Notes: a model not told the origin generated them from the letters alone. A stretch of DNA of 64,000 nt from Acidimicrobiia bacterium (GCA_016871335.1 VFZF01000003.1:63205-127204), one strand, 5' to 3'. Counted from the first letter of the stretch, positions 1 to 9,086 are shown. A program made the numbers and translations.

Positions 1-191
1 TCTGGCTGGTGCAGACGGTGGGCGCGATTGTGCCGGCGTTCTCTACCTTCGATATCAAGGCGGAGGTCGTGAACGGCCGGCCGCCGATTGCGTGGGGGTA
101 TGTGGGGCTCACCGCGGCGTATGCCGTGACGTATGCCGCCGCCCTTGTTGGCGCGGCGGTCGGAGTGTTTTCGCGGCGGGAGTTCACGTGA
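1..191 (+). CDS. 3' end of a membrane protein gene, possibly an ABC-2-type transporter permease (5' part outside window)
   Basis: The frame is open from the window edge to TGA 189-191. It ends in a hydrophobic C-terminal helix (LTAAYAVTYAAALVGAAVGVF). The stop overlaps the GTG start of the next gene (GTGA). The family call is weak. Confidence 0.35.
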   Translation, partial: WLVQTVGAIVPAFSTFDIKAEVVNGRPPIAWGYVGLTAAYAVTYAAALVGAAVGVFSRREFT

Positions 192-865
192 TCCTCCTCC
201 GTCGGCTGCTCGTCGCGCTTGTGGTGGTGGCGGTGGTTCTCGTGGCCGGCCGTGTGCTTGACGCCCGCGATCGGCGGTATCCGCAGTCGGATGCCGAGAC
301 CCGTGTGTTGTATCTGACGTCCGGCGACACGATTGGCCGGCTCGCGCTGGGCTTTGATGCCGCGCTGGCGGATGTCTACTGGATTCGCGCGGTGCAGCAC
401 TACGGACGCGATCGCAGAATGCCGCGGTATGCCGGACGATACGAGTTGCTGGCGCCGCTGGTGGACATCACGACGACCCTCGATCCGCACTTCACCACGG
501 CGTATGTCTTCGGCGCGATCTTCCTTGCGGAGCCGCTGCCCAACGGTCCCGATCAGTTTGACGAGGCCGTGGCGCTGCTTGAGAAGGGGCTGCGCGCGGA
601 GCCGGATGCCTGGCGCTACGCGCAGTACCTCGGATTCCTCCACTTCTGGCATCGCGACGATCGGCAGGCGGCCGCCAGGGAGTTTGAGCGCGCGGCGTCG
701 ATTCCCGGCGCGCCGGTGTGGTTGAAACCGCTGGCGGCGCAGATGTTTGTGGAAGGCGGCGATCGCCAGGCCGCACGCACGCTGCTGGAGTCGCTCGCGT
801 TGTCCGAGGAGTCGTGGATCCGCGACCTTGCCGGCAGGCGTCTTCGCGAGTTGGGACCGTCGTGA
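188..865 (+). CDS. Membrane-anchored TPR-like helical-repeat protein
   Basis: GTG 188 overlaps the upstream stop. An N-terminal anchor (VILLRRLLVALVVVAVVLVAG) is followed by helical-repeat sequence (ADVYWIRAVQHYG...ALLEKGLRAEPDAWRYAQYLGFLHFW). The stop overlaps the next start (GTGA at 862-865). The ORF-track start at 92 is probably too far upstream. Confidence 0.6.
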   Translation: MILLRRLLVALVVVAVVLVAGRVLDARDRRYPQSDAETRVLYLTSGDTIGRLALGFDAALADVYWIRAVQHYGRDRRMPRYAGRYELLAPLVDITTTLDPHFTTAYVFGAIFLAEPLPNGPDQFDEAVALLEKGLRAEPDAWRYAQYLGFLHFWHRDDRQAAAREFERAASIPGAPVWLKPLAAQMFVEGGDRQAARTLLESLALSEESWIRDLAGRRLRELGPS

Positions 866-1635
866 CACCGACGGAGATCGTGATCGTCGGCGTGTTCGGT
901 CTGATGATCGGCAGCTTCCTGAACGTCTGCATCGCGCGGTTGCCGAAGGGCGGATCGCTCATGACGCCGGCCTCCACATGTCCCTCGTGCGGCCGGCTCA
1001 TCCAGTGGTGCGACAACATCCCGGTCGTGAGCTACGTGCTGCTGCGAGGGAAGTGCCGCCAGTGCGCGGCGCCGATCAGCGTGCGCTATCCCCTCGTCGA
1101 GGCCGCGACGGCGGCGCTGTTTGTGGTGCAGGCGCTGATGGAGCCGGTGCCAGGCGTGGCGCTCGCCTCGCGCCTCGTCTTCACCGCACTGCTGGTCGCG
1201 CTCGCCGTCACCGACCTTGAGACGTTCCGCCTCCCGAATGCCCTGACCTTTGGTGGCCTGGCCATCGGGCTCGCCCTGTCATGGTTCACGCCGCCGGGAA
1301 TTACTGACGCGCTGCTCGGCGCCGCGCTGGGAGCGGGCGTGCTGCTGGCGATTCGGTGGGGATGGCTTCGCGCGACCGGCACCGACGCGATGGGGCTGGG
1401 CGACGTAAAGATGCTGGCGATGATCGGTGCGTTCCTCGGATGGCAGCAGATCTTCCTGGTGCTGCTGCTGTCAACGTTTGCCGGCGCGCTGATCGGCATC
1501 GCGGTCACGATGGCCGGACGTGGTTCGATGCGCACCAAGCTGCCCTTCGGCGTGTTCCTCGCGATCGCCGCCTTTGTCGCTTCCCTCTGCGGCCAGGCAA
1601 TTCTCGACTGGTATCTCGGACTCCTCGTCATCTGA
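862..1635 (+). CDS. pilD: Prepilin peptidase / N-methyltransferase, A24 family
   Basis: Paired Cys motifs CPSC...CRQC are present. The two catalytic Asp contexts are AVTDLETFRLPN and MGLGDVKMLAMIGAFLG. The protein is polytopic. I use the GTG at 862 rather than the ORF-track start at 718. Confidence 0.9.
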   Translation: MTPTEIVIVGVFGLMIGSFLNVCIARLPKGGSLMTPASTCPSCGRLIQWCDNIPVVSYVLLRGKCRQCAAPISVRYPLVEAATAALFVVQALMEPVPGVALASRLVFTALLVALAVTDLETFRLPNALTFGGLAIGLALSWFTPPGITDALLGAALGAGVLLAIRWGWLRATGTDAMGLGDVKMLAMIGAFLGWQQIFLVLLLSTFAGALIGIAVTMAGRGSMRTKLPFGVFLAIAAFVASLCGQAILDWYLGLLVI

Positions 1636-1765
1636 CCGCGGACCGCGGACTGTCGTTTTGTGACAGGTTCGTATGGCCGCGAGTCGCAGAATCTGCCAGG
1701 AGCCGTCAAGGAGGGCCTGATTTTCGGGCCTCTTGTTGGCCCCGGTGTTGCAAGTCTGTAATGCC

Positions 1766-2125
1766 GTGAGGCGACATTCGGACAACGGATACACGCTCGT
1801 CGAGGTGCTGATAGCGACCGCTGTGGCGTCGATGGTGCTGGCCACGGCTGCGGGCCTGCTGGTCGCAAGTGCCCGCGTCGTTGCCGAAAGCGACGCGGAG
1901 ACGACCGCGACGTGGATCGCGGTCAGTCATCTGGAGGCCTGGCGGGCATCGGCGACACCCGCCGTGGAGACCCGCTCCCGAGAACACGGTCGGTTCGATC
2001 TGCATCTGCGTGCTGAGCAGGATGCGGTGGAGCCGGCACTCTGGCACGTCCGAGTCTCGGTGACCGGCATGGGCCTGCGTGTTCCCGTCCTCCTGCAGAC
2101 ACTGACGACCCGGGAGGCGCCGTGA
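1766..2125 (+). CDS. Pseudopilin / minor pilin with prepilin-type N-terminal cleavage-methylation motif (GspI/PilV-like size)
   Basis: Class III signal: VRRHSDNG|YTLVEVLIATAVASMVLATAAGLLV, with Gly at -1 and Glu at +5. Length is 119 aa. The stop overlaps the next start (GTGA). Confidence 0.75.
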   Translation: MRRHSDNGYTLVEVLIATAVASMVLATAAGLLVASARVVAESDAETTATWIAVSHLEAWRASATPAVETRSREHGRFDLHLRAEQDAVEPALWHVRVSVTGMGLRVPVLLQTLTTREAP

Positions 2126-3012
2126 CGGACCGCACCACTGGGCACTCGATTGTCGAGGTGTTGATCTCGATGACGCTGGGGCTGCTGGTCACCGCCGCCC
2201 TTGTGCTGTTGGTGGTTGAGACGACGAGGCTGGCGTTGGCGCAGTCGGATCGCTTCGAACTGCAGCAACGTGCACGGGTGGCGCTTGATCTGATGACGCG
2301 CGACCTCCGCATTGCCGGAGCGGGTGTGGATCGCGGGCCGGCCACCGGCGCGCTGGCCCACCAGTTTCCGGCCGTGTGGGCGCGGCGGATTGGGCGCGGC
2401 GGGGATGCGCCGACGGTTGCGCGGACTTCGGCGTTCACCGTGGTGGCTGTGCCCGACACGCTCGCGCAGACCACGAGCCTCGACACGGTGATGTCCACCT
2501 CGACGGCCATCACGGTTCACGCTGCGGCGCACTGCACGGCCGCGCGGCCCGCGTGCGGGTTTGCCGCGGGGACCACGTTTGGCGTGTTTGATGACGCCGG
2601 TGCGTTGTCGATCTGGTCGACGGATCGGGTGAGTGGCCAGGCGCTCAGCGTGCGGCCGGTGGCGGTGGCAGCGACTCCCATCGACGCGGATGCGGTGGTC
2701 GCGGAGGTGCTTGTTCGCGGCTATGTGCACGATCCCGCCACACGCCAGCTCAGGTACTTCGATGGGGAGGCGCCGCATCAGCCGCTGATCGACGGCGTGG
2801 ATCAGATGGTGATCCGTTACTTCGATGCGGCCGGCGAAGTGCCGGTCGCGATCTTCAGTGATGGGCCGTGGCTCGGCAGCGGCGAGACCCTGTTCGACGT
2901 GGACCTGCTGCGTGTGCGTCGCGTCCGTATCGAACTGATCCTCAGGGCGGGCCGGGCGGAATTCCGCGCGGTGGCTGAGGTGTCGCCACGCAGTCTGGGG
3001 CGGCGGTCATGA
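2122..3012 (+). CDS. PilW/GspJ-like pseudopilin with prepilin-type N-terminus
   Basis: MTDRTTG|HSIVEVLISMTLGLLVTAALVLLVV has Gly at -1 and Glu at +5. Length is 296 aa. The ATGA overlap with the next ORF indicates translational coupling. Confidence 0.7.
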   Translation: MTDRTTGHSIVEVLISMTLGLLVTAALVLLVVETTRLALAQSDRFELQQRARVALDLMTRDLRIAGAGVDRGPATGALAHQFPAVWARRIGRGGDAPTVARTSAFTVVAVPDTLAQTTSLDTVMSTSTAITVHAAAHCTAARPACGFAAGTTFGVFDDAGALSIWSTDRVSGQALSVRPVAVAATPIDADAVVAEVLVRGYVHDPATRQLRYFDGEAPHQPLIDGVDQMVIRYFDAAGEVPVAIFSDGPWLGSGETLFDVDLLRVRRVRIELILRAGRAEFRAVAEVSPRSLGRRS

Positions 3013-3533
3013 TGCATGTGGTCATGGCCCTCGGGATGCTCGCGACTTCCGTGGCGGCGGGACTCGCGCTGGCCGCTCAGACGGAACGACAGATTGCCGC
3101 GACCTATCGGCACACGGCGCAGCTGGGATACCTGCTCGACGGCAGCGCCGAGCGGGTGGTGACAACGCTTGAGGCGCGCGAGGTGTGGGAGGATGTGCCC
3201 GGCAGTCTGACCGTCGGGGATGTGCGGATCACCGCCGAGCGGGACGCGCGGACCCAGGCACTCAATCAGAGTCTGGCTGCGCGATTCCCGATGGGCGCGG
3301 ATACCCCTCGTTGGCGGCTGGTGGCCACATCGGACGAAGACGATGTCGCCGTGTCAGTGTGGGTCGCAGACGATCCTGCGGATCGCGACGGCAACCACGG
3401 GGCCGACAGCAACGGCCTGCTGGTGGTCAGGGCCGAAGCCCGCGGAGTGCGTGGGGCGCTTCGGGCGGTTGAGGTGCATGTGGCCCGCTCAGGGGCCGGG
3501 ACGCGACGATTGTCGTGGCGGGAGGTCTGGTGA
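3009..3533 (+). CDS. PilX/GspK-like accessory pseudopilin (no canonical G/E motif)
   Basis: It has an N-terminal hydrophobic helix (MMHVVMALGMLATSVAAGLALAA). It is coupled to the two flanking ORFs by overlapping start and stop codons. No family motif is visible beyond position and topology. Confidence 0.5.
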   Translation: MMHVVMALGMLATSVAAGLALAAQTERQIAATYRHTAQLGYLLDGSAERVVTTLEAREVWEDVPGSLTVGDVRITAERDARTQALNQSLAARFPMGADTPRWRLVATSDEDDVAVSVWVADDPADRDGNHGADSNGLLVVRAEARGVRGALRAVEVHVARSGAGTRRLSWREVW

Positions 3534-3691
3534 TGGTGGCAGCGTTGTTGATGCTGGTGGTGGTCGTCTGGAACGCGCCTCCGGCGGTCACCATTCCTCT
3601 CCCTGAGGTGCCCCTCCCCTCACTGCGCCCGGCTATGCCGGGCGCTCAACCCCGTATCTCAAGGTCGCTGGCATCCTGTGGAACCCCATGA
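3533..3691 (+). CDS. Small (52 aa) membrane-anchored ORF coupled to the pseudopilin genes
   Basis: ATG 3533 overlaps TGA 3531-3533. The product begins MVAALLMLVVVVW and has a Pro-rich tail. It is below the ORF-track length cutoff, and I translated it by hand. Confidence 0.3.
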   Translation: MVAALLMLVVVVWNAPPAVTIPLPEVPLPSLRPAMPGAQPRISRSLASCGTP

Positions 3692-3751
3692 TCCCCATGG
3701 TGAGTTCCCACAGAAGCTCCGCGCCTCCGTGCCTCCTGTGAATGAGCGATC

Positions 3752-4834
3752 TCAGCGCAAACCAATCGACCTGAGCGCGGCGGTCAGTTCCTTGCGGGTG
3801 ATGTCGGTGGCGATACGGGTGGCGCCGATCTGCGTCGGGAGCACGAAGTGCAGGGTGCCGGCCGCGACTTTTTTGTCGAGCAGGATGGCGTCGAGGGCCT
3901 CGGACACTTTCAGGTCGGTGGTCGCCGGCAACGGCCCCATGTGGGTGATGACGTCGCGCAGCGCCTCCAGATCGGCGGCAGGGAATTCCCCGCGTGTGTG
4001 TGACAGGGTCGCCGCCGCCAGCATGCCGAACCCGACGGCTTCGCCGTGGCGGAATCGGCGGTACTTGGTGATGGCCTCGAGCGCGTGCCCCACCGTGTGG
4101 CCAAAATTCAGGATGCGCCGCTGGCCGTGCTCGTGTTCGTCCGCCATGACGACCTCGGCTTTGATCCGGCAGCACTCGCCGATGAGTGGTGTCAGCACAG
4201 CCTCGTCCCGCGCAACGATCGCCGTCAGCGATCCCGTGAGGTGATCGAACAGTGACCGCGAGGCGATGACGCCGTACTTGATCGCTTCGTACAGGCCGGC
4301 CCGGAATTCCCGGCGGGGCAGGGGGGAGAGGACCGCCGGGTCGCAGACCACGAGCGAGGGCGCATGGAAGGCGCCGACCAGATTCTTGCCGGCAGCCAGA
4401 TTGACGCCGGTCTTGCCGCCAATGGCGCTGTCCACCTGCGCCAGCAGCGTCGTGGGCACCTGCACAACGCGCAGGCCACGCAGGTAGGTGGCCGCCGCGA
4501 ACCCGGCCGCATCGCCGACGACACCGCCTCCCACCGCGATGACCACCGTGGACCGTTCGGCTTTGCGGGCGACGAACCCTTCGTAGAGTTTGGCCACCGT
4601 GGCGAGGGCCTTGGCGCGTTCCCCATCAGGGATCAGGAGCGGCGGGTGACCACCGAGTACCGGGCCGAGGGCCGGGCCGTGGGCCCGCCAGACCGGGGGA
4701 CAGGACACCACGACCGTGTCAGACACGAGTCGGTGTTCCGCCAGCAGCGTGTCGAGCCGGCCGAGGAGGCCGGACCCCACCAGCACCGAGTAGCGTCCAG
4801 CCGCGTGTGTGACGTCGATGTGTGTAGGTGCCAT
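3752..4834 (-). CDS. aroB: 3-dehydroquinate synthase
   Basis: The product runs MAPTHIDV...VIAVGGGVVGDAAGFAAATYLRGLRVVQVPTTLLAQVDSAIGGKTGVN...NFGHTVGHALE. It is the last 360 aa of the 782-aa ORF 3752..6100, whose upstream part is antisense to proS. Confidence 0.92.
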   Translation of the reverse strand: MAPTHIDVTHAAGRYSVLVGSGLLGRLDTLLAEHRLVSDTVVVSCPPVWRAHGPALGPVLGGHPPLLIPDGERAKALATVAKLYEGFVARKAERSTVVIAVGGGVVGDAAGFAAATYLRGLRVVQVPTTLLAQVDSAIGGKTGVNLAAGKNLVGAFHAPSLVVCDPAVLSPLPRREFRAGLYEAIKYGVIASRSLFDHLTGSLTAIVARDEAVLTPLIGECCRIKAEVVMADEHEHGQRRILNFGHTVGHALEAITKYRRFRHGEAVGFGMLAAATLSHTRGEFPAADLEALRDVITHMGPLPATTDLKVSEALDAILLDKKVAAGTLHFVLPTQIGATRIATDITRKELTAALRSIGLR

Positions 4835-4873
4835 TGCCGACCGGGTTAGGATAACAGGCTGGAGAGTATCGCT

Positions 4874-6325
4874 TTGTCCGACAAGAAAGACGCCTTCGTT
4901 ACTGAAATCACTCCGCGCTCGGAAGACTTCTCGCGATGGTACCTGGATGTGGTGCGCCGCGCCGAACTGGCCGACTATTCGCCGGTCAAGGGCTGCATGG
5001 TGATCCGTCCGTACGGCTACGCCATCTGGGAACACATCCAGCGCATGCTCGATGCGCGCTTCAAGGCCACCGGCCACGTCAACGCGTACTTCCCGCTCTT
5101 CATTCCCGAAGGGCTGATCATGAAGGAGAAGGACCACGTCGAGGGGTTTGCCCCGCAGGTGGCCTGGGTCACGCGCGGAGGCGATGAGGCGTTGGAAGAG
5201 CGACTGATTGTGCGCCCGACCTCCGAGGTCATCATCGGCACGATGTACGCCAAGTGGGTGAAATCGTGGCGCGACCTGCCGATTCTGATCAATCAGTGGG
5301 CGAACGTCGTGCGGTGGGAAAAGGTCACCCGGCCGTTCCTGCGTACGACGGAGTTCCTCTGGCAGGAGGGGCACACGGCGCACGAAACGGCGGAGGAAGC
5401 TGAAGACGAAACGCTGAAGATCCTCGCGCTCTACAAGGAATTTGCCGAACACGAGCTCGCGATGCCGGTCGTCGATGGTGTCAAGAGCGAAAGCGAGAAG
5501 TTTGCCGGCGCCTCGCGCACATATTCGATCGAGGCGCTGATGGGGGACGGCCGCGCGCTGCAGGCCGGCACCTCCCACAACCTCGGGCAGAACTTCGCGA
5601 AGGCGTTCGAGATCCAGTTTCAGGGGCGCGACAAGTCGATGCAGCACGCATGGACAACGTCGTGGGGAGTGTCCACGCGTCTCATCGGCGGCGTGATCAT
5701 GACGCACGGCGATGACAGCGGTCTCGTGCTGCCGCCGGCCGTGGCGCCGCATCAGGTCGTGATCATTCCGATTCCGCGGGGCAACTGGAAAGAGACGGTG
5801 CTGCCGACCTGTGAGGCGATTCGCGACGAACTGACCGCCGCCGGTGTGCGCGTGAAACTCGACGACTCCGAGGAGAACTCGCCCGGCTGGAAGTACGCCG
5901 AGTGGGAGTTGCGCGGTGTGCCGCTCCGTCTTGAAATTGGTCCGAAGGACATCGAGAAGGGCACCGTGTTCTCGGCTCGACGCGACACGCGTGAAAAGGC
6001 GGCGCTGCCGATGGCCGACCTCACGACGACCGTCAAGACGCTGCTGCAGACGATTCAGGACAATCTGCTGGCGCGCGCGCGGGCGTATCGAGAGGAACAC
6101 ACCACGGACGTCTCGACCTGGGCTGAATTCACGGCGGCGATGGAAGGCCGTCCAGGGTTCCTCATCGCGAGCTGGTGCGGCAGCGCGGCGTGTGAGGCCA
6201 CCATCAAGGCCGAGACGCAGGCCACGCTCCGGAACATCCCCATGAATTCGCCACGCGTGGACGGCACGTGCATCAAGTGCAACGGTGCATCAACCGTGAA
6301 GGCGTGGTTCGCGAAGGCCTATTGA
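4874..6325 (+). CDS. proS: Proline--tRNA ligase (archaeal/eukaryote-like type)
   Basis: TTG start with GGAGAG 7 nt upstream. Key sequence: FSRWYLDVVRRAELADYSPVKGCMVIRPYGYAIWE...RPTSE...FLWQEGHTAH...GTSHNLGQNF. There is a C-terminal Zn-type Cys cluster. Confidence 0.93.
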   Translation: MSDKKDAFVTEITPRSEDFSRWYLDVVRRAELADYSPVKGCMVIRPYGYAIWEHIQRMLDARFKATGHVNAYFPLFIPEGLIMKEKDHVEGFAPQVAWVTRGGDEALEERLIVRPTSEVIIGTMYAKWVKSWRDLPILINQWANVVRWEKVTRPFLRTTEFLWQEGHTAHETAEEAEDETLKILALYKEFAEHELAMPVVDGVKSESEKFAGASRTYSIEALMGDGRALQAGTSHNLGQNFAKAFEIQFQGRDKSMQHAWTTSWGVSTRLIGGVIMTHGDDSGLVLPPAVAPHQVVIIPIPRGNWKETVLPTCEAIRDELTAAGVRVKLDDSEENSPGWKYAEWELRGVPLRLEIGPKDIEKGTVFSARRDTREKAALPMADLTTTVKTLLQTIQDNLLARARAYREEHTTDVSTWAEFTAAMEGRPGFLIASWCGSAACEATIKAETQATLRNIPMNSPRVDGTCIKCNGASTVKAWFAKAY

Positions 6326-6348
6326 GCACGGAGGCCCGCACCTGGCGT

Positions 6349-7947
6349 GTGCTCAACATCGAGATGCGTCTCGATGAACCTGAGAGTCAGCTGCGGGATC
6401 GGGCGGCGCGCGCCGCGGGGATCGATCCGGGACGTGTGCGTGGATGCCGTATCGCGCGACGATCGGTCGATGCGCGCAGACACGGCAAGGAGCGCCGCCT
6501 CCGGTTCATTGTCCACGCCGACCTGGTGATTGATGACGGCTACCGGGGTGAGCGTTTTGACGCCGCCGTGCGCGCGGGCAAGGTCGTGGAGGCGCCGCGT
6601 GCCGAGCGCTTCGAAGTCGCCGGGGCCCTCGCGGCAGGGAAGCGGGCCGTCGTCGTCGGCTCCGGGCCGGCCGGGCTGTACGCCGCGCTTGTGCTCGGGC
6701 TCAACGGTGTGGCCGTCGATCTGATTGACCGCGGCGCCGAGCTGAAAACACGAGGCAAGGACGTGGTGCGGTTTCATCGCACCCGCGTGCCAAACCCCGA
6801 GTCCAACCTGTTGTTTGGCGAAGGCGGCGCCGGCACGTATTCCGACGGCAAACTCTATACACGCGTCGATGACCCGCTGGAGGTGCCCTGCCTTGAGATG
6901 CTGGTTGCGTGTGGCGCCCCGCCGGACATCGTCTACGATTCGCGCGCGCATATCGGCACCGACAAGCTGCACAAGATCCTGCCGGTGCTGCGTGGGCGGA
7001 TGGAGGCGCTTGGCGTGCGGTTCCACTGGAACACGCGGCTGGATGGCCTCGTGCTTGATGGCGGATCACCCCAACGGGTGCGGGCGGTGCGGACTTCGTC
7101 GGGCGACATCCCCTGCGATGCGGTATTTCTTGCGGTCGGACACTCCGCGCGCGACAGCATCAGGCTTCTGCACGCGCAGGGCGTACGCGTCGAGGCGAAG
7201 CCGTTCCAGTTGGGCGTGCGCATCGAGCATCCGCAGGAACTGATCACGCGCGGGCGATATGGGACGGGACCGGAGGCCGCGCGCCTCGGACCCGCGTCCT
7301 ACAACCTCATCTGCAAGGCCGAGGGCGGTGTCCCGGCCAGTTTCTCGTTCTGCATGTGCCCTGGAGGCACGATCGTCTCCAGCACCAACATCGCCGGGTT
7401 GTTGTGCACCAACGGCATGAGCAACTCGACCCACTCCTCTCGGTGGGCGAATGCGGCGCTGGTCACGACGTTTGGTCCCGCGGAGTACGGTCCGGGTCCG
7501 TTTGCCGGTGTCGAGTTTCAGGAAGCCCTGGAGCGGACGTTTTTCGAAGCCGGTGGCGGCGACTACACCGCGCCCGCGCAGACGGCCGATGACTTTGTTG
7601 CCGGCCGCCTGTCGGCAGCCACGCGTCACTCGAGTTATACCTTCGGCACGACGCCAGGCCGGATCGACCAACTGCTGCCGCGCCTCGCCCGTGTCGCGAT
7701 CGCGCGCGCCTTGCTCAAGTACGACCAGCAGATTTCCGGATTCAAGTCAGCAGAAGGACTACTCGTCGGTCTGGAGTCGCGCAGTTCAGGTCCGATTCGG
7801 CTGCCGCGCGATCGCGAGACGGCCATTGCCGACGGCTTCGCGAATCTGTTCCCGATGGGCGAGGGCGCCGGCAGCGCCGGCGGCATCATGAGCGCCGCCA
7901 TCGACGGTGCCCGCTGCGCGTTGCATTACGTACGGGACGGTACGTAG
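6349..7947 (+). CDS. FAD-dependent protein, COG2509-like NAD(FAD)-utilising dehydrogenase
   Basis: Dinucleotide-binding motif VVVGSGPAGLYAAL. The N-terminus (M)LNIEMRLDEPESQL matches the usual family start, so I chose GTG 6349; TTG 6322 is the alternative. Confidence 0.8.
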   Translation: MLNIEMRLDEPESQLRDRAARAAGIDPGRVRGCRIARRSVDARRHGKERRLRFIVHADLVIDDGYRGERFDAAVRAGKVVEAPRAERFEVAGALAAGKRAVVVGSGPAGLYAALVLGLNGVAVDLIDRGAELKTRGKDVVRFHRTRVPNPESNLLFGEGGAGTYSDGKLYTRVDDPLEVPCLEMLVACGAPPDIVYDSRAHIGTDKLHKILPVLRGRMEALGVRFHWNTRLDGLVLDGGSPQRVRAVRTSSGDIPCDAVFLAVGHSARDSIRLLHAQGVRVEAKPFQLGVRIEHPQELITRGRYGTGPEAARLGPASYNLICKAEGGVPASFSFCMCPGGTIVSSTNIAGLLCTNGMSNSTHSSRWANAALVTTFGPAEYGPGPFAGVEFQEALERTFFEAGGGDYTAPAQTADDFVAGRLSAATRHSSYTFGTTPGRIDQLLPRLARVAIARALLKYDQQISGFKSAEGLLVGLESRSSGPIRLPRDRETAIADGFANLFPMGEGAGSAGGIMSAAIDGARCALHYVRDGT

Positions 7948-8004
7948 GGCCCGCTGAACTGCAGCGGGCCTTCCTGGCGCGCTCAAGTTCAGCGCGCCCT
8001 ACGT
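7942..8004. terminator. Bidirectional terminator-like double hairpin between convergent genes (two inverted copies of hairpin family 2)
   Basis: Hairpin 7948-7970 is GGCCCGCTG/CAGCGGGCC. Hairpin 7976-7998 is GGCGCGCT/AGCGCGCC. The outer inverted repeat is ACGTAGGG (7942-7949) with CCCTACGT (7997-8004). The two loops are mutually complementary, so one long hairpin is an alternative fold. No strong T-tract follows. Confidence 0.55.
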
Positions 8005-8005
8005 G

Positions 8006-9025
8006 CTACCGTGTCGCGGTCGCGACCAGCAGACCGGCCGTTGGCCACTTTTCGAGGATCTTCTTGAGGGTTGGGTGCCGGCGGGTGATGCCCTCGCGCG
8101 TGACAATCGACCTGAACGCGTCCACCAGGTGGTCGCGCCACCAACGGTCGTCCGCTGGTGTGTCCACCCAGGCTTTGGCGAGCGGCGTGAGGCAGCCGAG
8201 GTCGCCGATGACGGCCGTCGCTGACAGGAACCCGACCGGCAGCGGTCCCGTCGCCTGTTCCAGGGTTTCGCGAAGGTCGTAGAGCGCCAGGCGGCTGTTG
8301 CGTGCGGCGAGCTGCTGGTGCACGGCTCCTCGCACTCCGGCCCATCGAGCCCGGTCGTCGGGAGACGACGAGGCGCGTTCCCTGACCCGGATGGCCTCCA
8401 CCGCCTTCTTCAGCGTCATCAGCGTCGCCCGTTCGCCATCGTCGCGTACGACCGCACCGGCGACGTCCGGATCGCCCGGCAGGCCCTGGGCGACGAGCGC
8501 CTCGAGGGACTCGACGGCGCCGGCCTGACGCCGCGTGACGCGGGCGACCACCCGGGAGGCCGGGTCCTTCGCCAGTGCTTCATACAACGGCTTCAACAGG
8601 CGTTCCGGCTGGCCGTCCAGCGCGGTCAAGGCGGCGAGGCGCCTGGTGGTCGGCGTCCCGGCATCCACCACGATCGAGGCGAGGCGTTCGAATGCCCGCG
8701 TGGCGCGCGCGTCCTTGCCGGTCGCGACCCGGCCCAGCAGGTCGATAGCCGCGACTGCCAGCGTGTCCGGGCCTGGTTCCGTCGCCAGTGTGTGGGCCAC
8801 GGTGGTCGCGCGCAGGTCACCGATGGAGTCGAGCGCCTCAAGGGCCACCACTCTGACGCTGGTGTCGCGGGCACTGTCTGAGGCGACGGCCAGCAGGGCA
8901 GTGGTCGCCCTGGACCCAATGACGGCGAGCCGGGCTCCGGCCAGATCGCGGCGGAGCGCATCACCGGAGGTCAGTTCCTCGATCAGGCGCGCAATGTCGG
9001 CGGCGGCGGATTTCGTGATGGCCAT
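8006..9025 (-). CDS. HEAT/armadillo-like helical-repeat protein, function unknown
   Basis: 339 aa, rich in Ala, Leu, Arg and Asp, with repeated helical units (VRVVALEALDSIGD..., RRLAALTALDG...). I recognise no catalytic motif. Confidence 0.6.
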   Translation of the reverse strand: MAITKSAAADIARLIEELTSGDALRRDLAGARLAVIGSRATTALLAVASDSARDTSVRVVALEALDSIGDLRATTVAHTLATEPGPDTLAVAAIDLLGRVATGKDARATRAFERLASIVVDAGTPTTRRLAALTALDGQPERLLKPLYEALAKDPASRVVARVTRRQAGAVESLEALVAQGLPGDPDVAGAVVRDDGERATLMTLKKAVEAIRVRERASSSPDDRARWAGVRGAVHQQLAARNSRLALYDLRETLEQATGPLPVGFLSATAVIGDLGCLTPLAKAWVDTPADDRWWRDHLVDAFRSIVTREGITRRHPTLKKILEKWPTAGLLVATATR

Positions 9026-9061
9026 AAGAAAAAGGGCCGGGACGCCTATGCGCCCCGGCCC
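9026..9061 (-). terminator. Intrinsic terminator after the OmpA-family gene
   Basis: On the minus strand it reads GGGCCGGGGCGC-ATAG-GCGTCCCGGCCC (one mismatch) followed by TTTTTCTT. The T-tract runs straight into the ATG of the next gene at 9025. Confidence 0.7.
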
Positions 9062-9086
9062 TCAGAATGTCGGCTCGGCTGCGAAC

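Noticed and set aside
4835-6100. Upstream 420 aa of the 782-aa ORF 3752..6100
   Set aside because: This part is antisense to proS. Only the last 360 aa (3752-4834) match AroB, and they begin at a good ATG.
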